The notes under the pieces are model-generated. The model searched no databases, was not told the origin of the DNA, and saw only the letters and a list, made by a program, of their open reading frames with translations. This document shows, in pieces, positions 1 to 8,444 of a DNA stretch of 52,452 bases. The DNA is from a virus. Lineage: Duplodnaviria > Caudoviricetes. How positions within the stretch are numbered: the first letter of the stretch is position 1; each line of letters starts with the position of its first letter. The DNA lies in the IMG/VR virus record IMGVR_UViG_3300044302_004114, positions 1 through 52,452 of that record. One strand, 5' to 3'. The translations under genes and the position numbers were made by a program.

Positions 1-146
1 TAGAACTGTGGAAGGTGCTCGCAGTCGCCAATGCCGTCATCAACAAAAAGGATTTTTTCTGGGCTTACAGTTTGGGACAACAGGCTCTCAATACAATGGG
101 AGGCAAGGTGTCCATATTGGTACGACGCTACAACTATTGTTAGCAT
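1..146 (-). CDS. Glycosyltransferase family 2, N-terminal part (runs off the left edge)
   Basis: Not in the ORF track. Manual translation from ATG at 146: MLTIVVASYQYGHLASHCIESLLSQTVSPEKILFVDDG..., the classic GT2 N-terminus. TAATG overlap with the PhyH stop. Confidence 0.85.
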   Translation of the reverse strand, partial: MLTIVVASYQYGHLASHCIESLLSQTVSPEKILFVDDGIGDCEHLPQF

Positions 147-892
147 TACGGTATCTTTTCTGGATTTATCTCGTGAACTACCTTGCCGTTTTTAAGGTAG
201 TCTGGATATGAACTTACGCTGTCCGCTTTGCAAAATCCATTCATGTAGGTCATTCTGGACAAGTTTGAAGTATTTGCTTCGCTTCCGTGTACGATCATTA
301 CGGACCATACCATTACATCGCCTTTTAGCGCTATGTACTTGGTTCCTGATAGTCCTGATCGGGTGAAATTCCGTAAATCCCTAGGGGCTTCAAAACTTGG
401 CCAATCATGTGAGCCTTCGATAAACTCTACAGCACCATTATCTTCTGTAATGTCGTCTATTGCTATAATGGTTTGAAGGTAATCAGTTGAAACTGCTTCA
501 GTAAATAAATCACTTTCACGGAAAATGTCATCTCTGTGCCAAGCAAATGTGTCTAGATCGTTGGGTTCTCTAAAGTAGACTTGGTTGTTTATTTGACGAA
601 CATTGTCACCTAGAAATGTGCTAACTATATCAACCATTCTTGGGTCTGTTCTAACTTTATTTAGGTAAAAGTTTGCTAATGCGGGAAAGAATATCAGCGA
701 CTTCTTGTTGTATGCTTGTTCGCTTGGTACATGAGGGTACCTTGCTTTTGTAATTTGTTCATCTGTTACCGAGTATGCTTCAACCTTCATTCTGTCACAC
801 TCTTCTTCTGTGAAAACTGCTGGAAGCACAGCAACGCCTTTTTTAAGGTAAACTTCTTTGGCGGACGCTAGGGACATGGTTACGGTATCCAA
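146..892 (-). CDS. Phytanoyl-CoA dioxygenase (PhyH) family Fe(II)/2OG dioxygenase
   Basis: WHRD (HxD), IAIDDITEDNGAVEFIEGSH, distal HGS..N..R motif. Confidence 0.85.
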   Translation of the reverse strand: MDTVTMSLASAKEVYLKKGVAVLPAVFTEEECDRMKVEAYSVTDEQITKARYPHVPSEQAYNKKSLIFFPALANFYLNKVRTDPRMVDIVSTFLGDNVRQINNQVYFREPNDLDTFAWHRDDIFRESDLFTEAVSTDYLQTIIAIDDITEDNGAVEFIEGSHDWPSFEAPRDLRNFTRSGLSGTKYIALKGDVMVWSVMIVHGSEANTSNLSRMTYMNGFCKADSVSSYPDYLKNGKVVHEINPEKIP

Positions 893-1419
893 TCAACGTA
901 GTCGCTAAAAATTTTGTACTGTGAATCAGGGGCGTCCCCTGCTAAGACTCCTTGCGTGACAGAGTATGCTTTTTCATAGCCTGCTTGCTTCACCAACTCA
1001 ACAACCCTGTTGTCATACTCCCCATGTGGGTATCGTAAGTACTTGGTGGGAAAAGGAGAAGTTATTTCTTGTATCACTTCCTTGTCGCTTAGGTAGCGAA
1101 GATTTCGGTGTGACCACGTGTGCCACCCCAATTCAAAGTCGTACTTGTCACACATTTCTTTTACTTGCGATAAAGTGCAGTAGTATTCCAATTTAGGAAC
1201 GTTCATGAGGTCGAAGGCGTTTCCTAGCCCCATGTAGTCTCCCATGACAAACATTATTCCTGATTTACCTTCGAGAACATCTTGGTTCTCATATACATTG
1301 AGGTAAACTCCATCAAACCCAATAGGCTCATCACAAGCAAGTATTTGTTCTCGTGTGTGGTAGTTTGAATGCTTTTCTGTTCCGATGTTGTGTGCTAGTC
1401 TCATTGTAACCAACTCCAC
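880..1419 (-). CDS. Polysaccharide deacetylase (NodB/CE4-like)
   Basis: FDG, ELGWHTWSH metal-binding motif, LRYPHG, AGY. The true start may be the MRLAH ATG. Confidence 0.75.
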   Translation of the reverse strand: MELVTMRLAHNIGTEKHSNYHTREQILACDEPIGFDGVYLNVYENQDVLEGKSGIMFVMGDYMGLGNAFDLMNVPKLEYYCTLSQVKEMCDKYDFELGWHTWSHRNLRYLSDKEVIQEITSPFPTKYLRYPHGEYDNRVVELVKQAGYEKAYSVTQGVLAGDAPDSQYKIFSDYVDWIP

Positions 1420-1955
1420 TTAACTTCATGGGTGAACTCGTAGACATCTACTACATGTGTGTACTCTCTGTAGGGAAACTCGAAGTGCCTGATTTTTGTT
1501 CCAAAGTCATAAGGCAGTAGCCAATCTTTTATTCCACCAACAAATACGAGGGTACCGATATCTACTGATGCAGCATTCACAAGCGTTTCCGCTATTTCAG
1601 TGTGATTATACTGTGTGTAAAGTGTTCCAGTCGTCATGACTAGATCGTACTTGCCTTGAGGGGCGGAGACTCTTTCTACGATTTCAGGGAACCTGTCTGA
1701 CGCAAGATCGCTGTACTCTATTGCATGCTTTTCATTTGCTGGAACAGCCTGAGTTATCCAACCCTCGCCTGCACCAACGTCCAAGAGCCGGCCAAAGGTT
1801 GGACCTAGATCTTCAAGAACCGTTAGGTAAAACTTCTTTCTGTACGCATCGTCTGGGTCTTTTCGGTACTTCCACGGGTCAATATCATGATACCACTCCT
1901 CCAGTTCGCTCTTACTCTGCACCATCTTCTCGCTCTTTCTTTTTGCTGAACTCAT
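1401..1955 (-). CDS. Class I SAM-dependent methyltransferase, NodS-like
   Basis: N-terminal WY..DPWKY, motif I LLDVGAGEG, YDLV..TG.LY. Confidence 0.75.
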   Translation of the reverse strand: MSSAKRKSEKMVQSKSELEEWYHDIDPWKYRKDPDDAYRKKFYLTVLEDLGPTFGRLLDVGAGEGWITQAVPANEKHAIEYSDLASDRFPEIVERVSAPQGKYDLVMTTGTLYTQYNHTEIAETLVNAASVDIGTLVFVGGIKDWLLPYDFGTKIRHFEFPYREYTHVVDVYEFTHEVKWSWLQ

Positions 1956-2118
1956 AGACTTCGCTGGATTCTGGCACGGAAACTTTAATCTGTTTCACAG
2001 ACCATTCTGAGGGGGCGTATTCAGAGATAAAGTCTACCCCTGTGTGAAGGGCCTCTGTTCCGCAGTCCTCTTCTACAGTAATTTCGTAAGTTAATCGAAC
2101 TAAGTACTCTTTCTTCAT
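1912..2118 (-). CDS. Hypothetical protein (leaderless)
   Basis: ATG lies 6 nt downstream of a TAGAAT -10 box; first gene of the minus-strand operon. Confidence 0.6.
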   Translation of the reverse strand: MKKEYLVRLTYEITVEEDCGTEALHTGVDFISEYAPSEWSVKQIKVSVPESSEVYEFSKKKEREDGAE

Positions 2119-2124
2119 AGGGTT

Positions 2125-2153
2125 ATTCTACTCTCAAGTCTTGTTTTTGGCAA
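2125..2153 (-). promoter_or_regulatory. Sigma-70/SigA promoter for the left operon (leaderless)
   Basis: TTGCCA-17nt-TAGAAT-6nt-ATG on the minus strand. Confidence 0.7.
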
Positions 2154-2154
2154 G

Positions 2155-2570
2155 GCTAACCTACCCTTTCGTGTGGTAGTTGACGCTGCTACACGAGAGG
2201 CACTAGGTAGAACCTGTAGAGGAATGTAAGATCTATTTACTTCTTGGACCCCAAACGCACCTATTTTGTTCAGTGCGCCCACTCTCCCTAGATATGGCTC
2301 TAGTTGCCCGTGTGTCGGAACCGCTTGGGCTATTGCTAGTTCCGAACCTATCCTTCAAGTCCTAATGCTCTCCGTGCAGTGACTGGCACATCGTCAAATG
2401 TGTTATTCCAGTTTATCGTGCGATTCAAATCCTCACTCTTTAGGTAGGCGTGCCCGAATGTCTTTCCTGTCACCAGTTGCGTAACGAGTGTGACCCTCCG
2501 GTCCTTCAGTAAACCTTTATGTCATCGAGATATCTCGGCTTCTTTTGTACTCTTCTTCTCCTTCGGTTTG
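2155..2570 (-). ncRNA. Candidate large structured ncRNA (~415 nt)
   Basis: No ORF >=60 aa covers it; it has its own promoter; many nested stems (CCGGA/UUCGG, GUCAC/GUGAC, GCCUA/UAGGU, CCUAA/UUAGG, ACUGG-CACAU/AUGUG-CCAGU, UCGGAAC/GUUCCGA with a GCAA loop, GGCGCAC/GUGCGUU, CUACC..UCGUGU/ACACGA..GGUAG). Confidence 0.65.
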
Positions 2571-2576
2571 CGTTCT

Positions 2577-2605
2577 ATGGTACAAGGTCATTTGAGCCTT
2601 GTCAA
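2577..2605 (-). promoter_or_regulatory. Sigma-70/SigA promoter driving the candidate ncRNA
   Basis: TTGACA-17nt-TACCAT on the minus strand. Confidence 0.75.
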
Positions 2606-2619
2606 GTGGGACCATTTGT

Positions 2620-3078
2620 GAAAATTTTATGGCAGAAACCTCTTGGGAGATGCAACATGGGAAGGAGCGAAGTGCCATGTAGTTCATGGAGACTGGATGA
2701 TAAATCCACCACCACTGATAAATAATGGTGTAGGCGTCCCAAAACAAGATTGGCGGGGAAGTCATTAAGTATGAAATTATTTTAGGAAAATTACCCCAAA
2801 ACAAAAAATCTGTGGTTGTTCCTTTATGTGCGCAAAAAAGACAATTATTCTCCTCTAGATCCTTATCGGACCAGTACGGAAATATTGTGGCAGAAATAAG
2901 TCTGAGGAGATAAATATGAAAAAATTCTGTAGATATGGCGAAATACGCCCCAAAACGGCACCCTGTTGGGGACTTTATATAGGTAGACGCCCCAATTTAA
3001 AAAACTTCATGGAAAAGATATAAGTGGGCACCAAATAGAGAAATATTGTGGCAAGAACCTTAGTAGGAGAAAGAGGTG
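2620..3078 (+). repeat. Degenerate dispersed repeats in the strand-switch region
   Basis: GAAA(A)TWTTRTGGCA-N11..13-GGAGA-N5..6-RTG at ~2620, 2879 and 3040; CCC(C)AA(AAC) at ~2736, 2794, 2948, 2990; multiple A-tracts. Confidence 0.55.
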
Positions 3079-3149
3079 AGAAAATGGAACCCCCATAGCA
3101 ACTTAAAAACAAAATATTACACACCTAACAAAAGTAGGAAGGAGAAACA

Positions 3150-3329
3150 GTGACTACTTTTATAGACGGCAGACCTGAAACGTGCTTGTTTGACAGAGAT
3201 CTCGAAGATGCACAACCCAGACCTTTGCCTTTAATAGATAACAGAAAAACGGTCCTAGCAGGACCATTAACATGCAGAAAGTTGGTTAACGGAAATGTAT
3301 ACCGCAGAAGATACAAAAATAAAGTTTGA
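3150..3329 (+). CDS. Small hypothetical protein (59 aa, below the ORF-track cutoff)
   Basis: AAGGAG RBS + GTG; VTTFIDGRPETCLFDRD...KNKV*; overlaps the next ORF by 35 nt. Confidence 0.35.
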   Translation: MTTFIDGRPETCLFDRDLEDAQPRPLPLIDNRKTVLAGPLTCRKLVNGNVYRRRYKNKV

Positions 3330-3591
3330 CGAAATCATAAGTGAAGAATATGAGTTTGTCACCTTGTTTGATGCTGCGCAACGTTCTGGAGCGAAGTACA
3401 CCGCTACGCTTTGGATGCACAGTGGAGAATCATATTTTATTTGTCATGGTCTTACAACTACTTCTCATCAGGGCGATGTGGAAATCATCGACAAAAACTT
3501 GACGATTGAAGCGGCCCTATTTGTGTTGAGCGAACTCATTCAATCGAATGATTGCCAAGTTGCAAACATGACTAAAGTAAAATTATTTTAA
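3295..3591 (+). CDS. Hypothetical protein
   Basis: 98-aa ORF with protein-like composition. Confidence 0.5.
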   Translation: MYTAEDTKIKFDEIISEEYEFVTLFDAAQRSGAKYTATLWMHSGESYFICHGLTTTSHQGDVEIIDKNLTIEAALFVLSELIQSNDCQVANMTKVKLF

Positions 3592-3757
3592 TTACATGTC
3601 CGCTTTTCACTACGCTGTGTCCTATATGTAGTGTAAGGCAAATTATTTAAGGAGAAAATGATATGAGTATTGAGATTAGGGGACCGCCAAAAGTGGGTTG
3701 TCTGCTTGACATTGTGACCCTAAAATAGAAGGTAGAATACAAGTAGAAAGGACATCA

Positions 3758-3991
3758 ATGAGTGCGCATGCCCCAGAGTGGTTTAAAGAAGCACCATGTG
3801 CTGGACAAGACAGGCTTTTCTTTTCGAGCCACCCAAGGGATAGAAAAGAAGCAGTTTCAATTTGCAACCTAGAGTGTGAGAATACTGAAAAGTGTTTAAG
3901 TTTTGCTTTAGAGTCTGAACTCATACTGGGTGTTTGGGGCGGTAAGACTGGTCCAGAGATTTCCAGAGAGTTGGATAAGATAAATGCCTGA
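3758..3991 (+). CDS. whiB: WhiB-family Fe-S transcription regulator
   Basis: W...A.C, LFF, four Cys, GVWGG turn; AAGGA RBS. Confidence 0.92.
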   Translation: MSAHAPEWFKEAPCAGQDRLFFSSHPRDRKEAVSICNLECENTEKCLSFALESELILGVWGGKTGPEISRELDKINA

Positions 3992-4382
3992 CAAGTATGA
4001 AAGTGCTGATTTAGACCCAGACGTATTGGCGGTCTTAAAAGAAGGTCCAGTGACCATCACTTTCATTACCACGACTGCACACGCACTGAATGATCGACCC
4101 TACAGTATTTTAACATGGAGTCCATCTGACATGATGATTGGGATATCAGAAGAGTTTTTTAACGAAGGGTTAGATGAAATGATTGCTGATAAGGTTGCAA
4201 TGTCAATTGAGGCCTTGCAAGACACGTTTAGTCCAGATGAGATTAACGCCATGATAAAAGAAAGTGCGACGACTTATTTGGGCGACTCGCTAAAAGCAAT
4301 AGTTGATAATCTTTTAATCACTCAGAATCCTAGCGTTGCAAACTTTGATGACACACTTGAAAGACTTTTAAAAGAGGATTGA
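3984..4382 (+). CDS. Hypothetical acidic protein
   Basis: ORF overlapping the whiB stop. Confidence 0.65.
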   Translation: MPDKYESADLDPDVLAVLKEGPVTITFITTTAHALNDRPYSILTWSPSDMMIGISEEFFNEGLDEMIADKVAMSIEALQDTFSPDEINAMIKESATTYLGDSLKAIVDNLLITQNPSVANFDDTLERLLKED

Positions 4383-4407
4383 CTTTTTTCTCTGGGTAGA
4401 GTATAAT
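4379..4407 (+). promoter_or_regulatory. Strong sigma-70/SigA promoter for the recombination operon
   Basis: TTGACT-17nt-TATAAT. Confidence 0.75.
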
Positions 4408-4438
4408 TTATATATCTACTATTTACTATTGGAGAAAA

Positions 4439-4951
4439 ATGAATCCTACTAACGATACAAAAGATACTGTTGACACACTTTCAGAATTGCTAAATCTTTT
4501 AGAATCAGACATATACAAATTATCTAAGTCCGAACTAGACGATGATCCTAAAGAGATCTTACAAGTTGCCACTAACCTACACGAAGTAAAAGGTCGAGTT
4601 GGAGCATTGTACAATGAACTTCAATCAATCATCACTGAGGAATATGACTATTTTGCCTCACCAGTTGTGGTTGATGGCGCAACAGTAGAAATAAAGGCTG
4701 GATCTTCACGCAAAAAGTGGGATCACGCTTCAATTTCTGATGATGTTGCACGCAGAATTGTAAATACCAGCGTAAACATTGACACTGGGGAAGTAACAAA
4801 AACCCCACTAGAGATGCTACAAGAGTTTACCCAATACATGGGAGTTTCCTACTGGAAAGTTGGCAAACTAAAAGAACTACACCTTGATGCTGATGAGTAT
4901 TGCGAGGTTAGTCCACCGAAGAAAAACATTGTGATTAGGAGATCCGAATGA
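4439..4951 (+). CDS. Hypothetical protein, recombination-module associated
   Basis: GGAG RBS; ATGA overlap with the Rad52-like gene. Confidence 0.7.
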   Translation: MNPTNDTKDTVDTLSELLNLLESDIYKLSKSELDDDPKEILQVATNLHEVKGRVGALYNELQSIITEEYDYFASPVVVDGATVEIKAGSSRKKWDHASISDDVARRIVNTSVNIDTGEVTKTPLEMLQEFTQYMGVSYWKVGKLKELHLDADEYCEVSPPKKNIVIRRSE

Positions 4952-5595
4952 ACGTACTAGATGCTCTATCCGAGCCGTTCCCACAAGAGGTAGAACGGCA
5001 ATTAAAAAAAGGCGGAACAAGCCTTACATATATCCCAGTTAGCGAGGTTATCACTCGACTAAACAAGGTTCTTGGAGTGGATATGTGGTCGTATACTATT
5101 GAAAGGTGTGAACGAGATGCTCTTGACCCTGATTATATTGTGGCACATGTTCGACTCACTGCTACTTTTGTACCCACTAATGACGCCCCTACAATTACGA
5201 TTGTCAAAGACGGCGTAGGCGGACAGAAAATTAAAAGAACTCGAAACGGAGACATCTTGGATTTGGGTGATGAAATGAAAGGTGCTGTTTCAGACGCTTT
5301 AAAGAAAGCGGCTCAACACTTTGGAGTTGGTCTTTACTTGGCTAGAACAGAAGAGTCTTTACATTTAGAAGCGCTAGAAGATAGTGCTGATAATCCAATT
5401 TCAGCGGAACACTTCCAAAAATTGCGTGATCTTTTGAATGCTCAAGCCCCACAAGTAATTGAAGATGCTAAAGAGTATTGGTCAGCCATTTCAGATGGTG
5501 CAACGTTTGAGAACGTCAACATAAACCGTGAGAAACTTACTCAAATGTTAGAGTTTGTTAAATCAGCGAGTTCGGCGGATACAAATGCAGGATAG
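4948..5595 (+). CDS. Rad52/Rad22 (Sak)-family single-strand annealing protein
   Basis: LTYI...VITRLNKVLG..W, KDGVGG, KGAVSDALKKAAQHFGVGLYL. Confidence 0.9.
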   Translation: MNVLDALSEPFPQEVERQLKKGGTSLTYIPVSEVITRLNKVLGVDMWSYTIERCERDALDPDYIVAHVRLTATFVPTNDAPTITIVKDGVGGQKIKRTRNGDILDLGDEMKGAVSDALKKAAQHFGVGLYLARTEESLHLEALEDSADNPISAEHFQKLRDLLNAQAPQVIEDAKEYWSAISDGATFENVNINREKLTQMLEFVKSASSADTNAG

Positions 5596-6370
5596 TCTTC
5601 CAGTTGGAGACTTACCATACAAGATACCAGCGTACATGTCTCCAAGTTCTATTGGCACGTTTAATCAGTGCCCTATGCGCTATAAGTACGCAAAACTTGA
5701 CAAAATACCGGAGCCTTCAACAGAAGCACAGGTGCTAGGATCGTTCGTCCATGAGGTACTAGAAGACTTATTTAGATTGCCCTCAGAAGAAAGAACAGAG
5801 CCAGCATCTAGGAAACTAGCAAAAGACCTATGGGACAAGAAATGGGCAGATGAGTTTTTTGACTTGAATGAACGGTGTGATGACAACGAGTTTAGATGGA
5901 AAGCATGGTGGTGCATTGAGAACTACTTCTTAATGGAAGATCCAACTTCATTTGATGCTGGTGGCATTGAAGCCAAGATGAATGGAGACATTTTGGGTGT
6001 CCCTATTTATGGGATTATCGATCGCTGGACGCTTGAGAATGACAAGATTGTAATTTCTGATTATAAAACTGGTAAAAAGCCTCGCCCACAGTATGAGTGG
6101 GAAAAGAAGATGCAGATAACAATATACAGCATTCTTCTTGGCAAAGAGTTAGAAAAAGAAATAGAGCGTGCAGAACTGCTTTATCTCAAATCAGGACAGT
6201 TTGCCAAATACGATGTAACTGAAGATCTTGTAGACAAAGTTTCAAATGATGTTAAGTCCACTTGGGACGAGTTGGTAGTTAGTTGTGAGTCCGGTGAGTT
6301 TGAAACTCGCACTGGACCTTTGTGCAACTGGTGTAATTACAAGAGAATTTGTCCGGCTTGGAGGAAGTAA
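5585..6370 (+). CDS. PD-(D/E)XK nuclease, RecB/AddB/Cas4-like with Fe-S cysteines
   Basis: SPSS...CP, GSFVHEVLE, GIIDR, DYKTG, Q..IY, LC.WC.Y..IC. Start moved to the MQDSL ATG. Confidence 0.88.
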   Translation: MQDSLPVGDLPYKIPAYMSPSSIGTFNQCPMRYKYAKLDKIPEPSTEAQVLGSFVHEVLEDLFRLPSEERTEPASRKLAKDLWDKKWADEFFDLNERCDDNEFRWKAWWCIENYFLMEDPTSFDAGGIEAKMNGDILGVPIYGIIDRWTLENDKIVISDYKTGKKPRPQYEWEKKMQITIYSILLGKELEKEIERAELLYLKSGQFAKYDVTEDLVDKVSNDVKSTWDELVVSCESGEFETRTGPLCNWCNYKRICPAWRK

Positions 6371-6828
6371 TGGGACGTATGAAAGAGTTTGAAATTATGG
6401 TGTCTGAAGACATCAAAGGAAAAGGGTCGCAGGCTGATAAGGACTATTTAAGATTGCCCGAAAATTGGCAGACTTGGAAAGAATCTCTTATTGTGATTAT
6501 TGAGACAGTCTCCGCTAAAATTGAAGATCTTGAAGCAGAGATTCAAAAATTAAGATCAGCGTACCCTGACTTTGACACAGACCCCGCTGCTTCATACGAA
6601 GAAAGCAGGGGAAAGGCAGCCCGCTTTCGATTCCACGCAGAAAAAAGGCTTGCTGAAGTTGACAGACTTATACGCTTAGGGGAAGAGCCTAATGAAGATG
6701 ATAAATTGGTGTACTTTCTTAGAGACGCAATTATCACTCACAAGCGTATCAAAGAGGAGAAAAGTGAGTCTATAACAGATACAGATCAAGCGCTGTGGAA
6801 AACAATTCAAGGCAAATGGAGTTTTTAA
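6370..6828 (+). CDS. Hypothetical coiled-coil protein
   Basis: GGAGG RBS + ATG overlapping the previous stop. Confidence 0.7.
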   Translation: MGRMKEFEIMVSEDIKGKGSQADKDYLRLPENWQTWKESLIVIIETVSAKIEDLEAEIQKLRSAYPDFDTDPAASYEESRGKAARFRFHAEKRLAEVDRLIRLGEEPNEDDKLVYFLRDAIITHKRIKEEKSESITDTDQALWKTIQGKWSF

Positions 6829-7923
6829 ATGAAAGTCGGATTTGCGACACATGATTGGTCTAGAACTGTTTTAGATCCTCTTGGGCGCCCTGTCATGGGA
6901 GGCTCTGGGCACATACGGATAGGTCAGTACATAAAAGTTTTGCAGACCTTAGGACACGAGTGTTGCCTAGGGATATTGGCGCATAACAGAATGACAAATA
7001 CTTTTGGCATTCACTCATGGGACGGTAACGATTATTTTGATTGTGACGTTATAGTTATGCAACGATATATGCACATGCAAGTCTTACCTGACATGAAGGG
7101 TGCTCAAGCAGCAGGGCAAATCATACTACAAGACATTGATGATTGGTACTGGGGCCTTAGCGAAAAGAACTCTGCTTATGAAACTTCGTTACCTTCCCTT
7201 AATCCAAGTGAAAACGTTAATTGGTATAGAAATATTGTTGAAGAGTCTGATGGCATTATTGCCTCAACGCCATTTTTAGTTAAGAAGATGGAACAATGGA
7301 ATCCAAATACTCTTTTGCACACCAACTACGTTGATCGTGGAAAATATAAAAATCGACGGATACATAAAGATAAGGATAAAATCATAGTAGGGTGGATGGG
7401 GTCAACCTCCCATAGAAGTGGGGATTTGGAAATACTTCGTCCCTACGCAAATAAAATTAGCCAGTTTGCAACATGGCATCATACAGGTCATGTTGATTCA
7501 GTTCAGGTTCCACTGTTTGAAAAAGAAGTTGGAATTTCTGCGGGGATTCTTACCAAATCACCTTTCCTACCACCCACACAGTTACATAAAGGATTTTTAT
7601 TTGATACAGGTATTGTCCCACTTACGGACATTCCGTTCAACCATGCAAAGTCATACATTAAAGGCTTAGAGTATGCTTGTGGTGGTGTTCCATTTGTTGC
7701 ATCATATTCACCTCAATATGAGGAGTTAACTGAAGAACATGGAATTGGAGTTCTAGCACGAAACCCACAAGAGTACGTTCGTGCCCTAAAGAAGTTTAAT
7801 GATGTAGAATATAGACAGGCTGTATCTGATGATGCTTGGAAAAAAGTTAAAAAGTTCGACATAAGAGTAGGTGCTCCTAAGTTGTGGAGAACTATTGAGA
7901 CTCTGGTAAGAAATGCAAAATAA
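6829..7923 (+). CDS. Glycosyltransferase, GT-B/GT4-like
   Basis: DIDDW, VGWMGS..H..D, GIVPL...FNHAKS.IK.LEY...G.P.VAS. Confidence 0.85.
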   Translation: MKVGFATHDWSRTVLDPLGRPVMGGSGHIRIGQYIKVLQTLGHECCLGILAHNRMTNTFGIHSWDGNDYFDCDVIVMQRYMHMQVLPDMKGAQAAGQIILQDIDDWYWGLSEKNSAYETSLPSLNPSENVNWYRNIVEESDGIIASTPFLVKKMEQWNPNTLLHTNYVDRGKYKNRRIHKDKDKIIVGWMGSTSHRSGDLEILRPYANKISQFATWHHTGHVDSVQVPLFEKEVGISAGILTKSPFLPPTQLHKGFLFDTGIVPLTDIPFNHAKSYIKGLEYACGGVPFVASYSPQYEELTEEHGIGVLARNPQEYVRALKKFNDVEYRQAVSDDAWKKVKKFDIRVGAPKLWRTIETLVRNAK

Positions 7924-8444
7924 TGGAACGACGAAAACCTCTTAAAAGAACACCTCTCAAGAGGGGAAGTAGCCAACTTAAAAGAACGCCCTTAAATCGT
8001 GGTGGTTCTCAATTGAAAAGAACTCCCTTAGCAAAGCGTTCTGCGAAAATGAAACAAACTTACGTTAATCGAAGAAAAATAGTTCAAGAAATGCTTGAAG
8101 AGCAGAAGTGGTGTGAGGCATGCATAGTGTGGGCTTCGTATGATGGAAAAAATAGGGCAAAACAAAGAAGAACTCAGGACATACATGAATTGGTAAACAG
8201 ATCGCAGGGCGGAAGCATTTTAGAGAGAATAAATCTTTACGCAATTTGTCGCCCCTGTCATATGAGAGTCACAGAAAATCCATATGATTCCATGGTTACA
8301 GGCTTACACATGCCATCTTGGTGCAAGACAGAACACCACTATAACGAGGCAGAAAGAGTTAGAGAGTCTTGGAAGGTTGGAGTTGCGGCCAGACCGTATT
8401 GGGATCTCTCACAGGAGCACGCAGATGAGTACCCAGATGAATAA
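7923..8444 (+). CDS. HNH-type endonuclease with basic N-terminal LKRTPL repeats
   Basis: CEAC, DIHE..RSQGG, NL..ICRPCH; 12-aa LKRTPLxRGxSQ repeats. Confidence 0.7.
   Translation: MERRKPLKRTPLKRGSSQLKRTPLNRGGSQLKRTPLAKRSAKMKQTYVNRRKIVQEMLEEQKWCEACIVWASYDGKNRAKQRRTQDIHELVNRSQGGSILERINLYAICRPCHMRVTENPYDSMVTGLHMPSWCKTEHHYNEAERVRESWKVGVAARPYWDLSQEHADEYPDE

Noticed and set aside
2155-2570. tmRNA, RNase P RNA or self-splicing intron identity for the structured RNA
   Set aside because: No tRNA-like ends, no GAGGAAAGUCC/P4 signature, no group I P7 or group II domain V motif, and no interrupted gene
2517-2804. ORFs 2517..2804(-) and 2519..2725(+)
   Set aside because: No recognisable motifs, mutually overlapping, and they span the ncRNA promoter
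2620-3078. CRISPR array interpretation of the repeats
   Set aside because: Repeats are degenerate and irregularly spaced (~260 and ~160 nt), with no cas operon
5585-6370. Cas4 as part of a CRISPR system
   Set aside because: It sits beside a Rad52-like annealase, a typical phage recombination pair; no cas1/cas2
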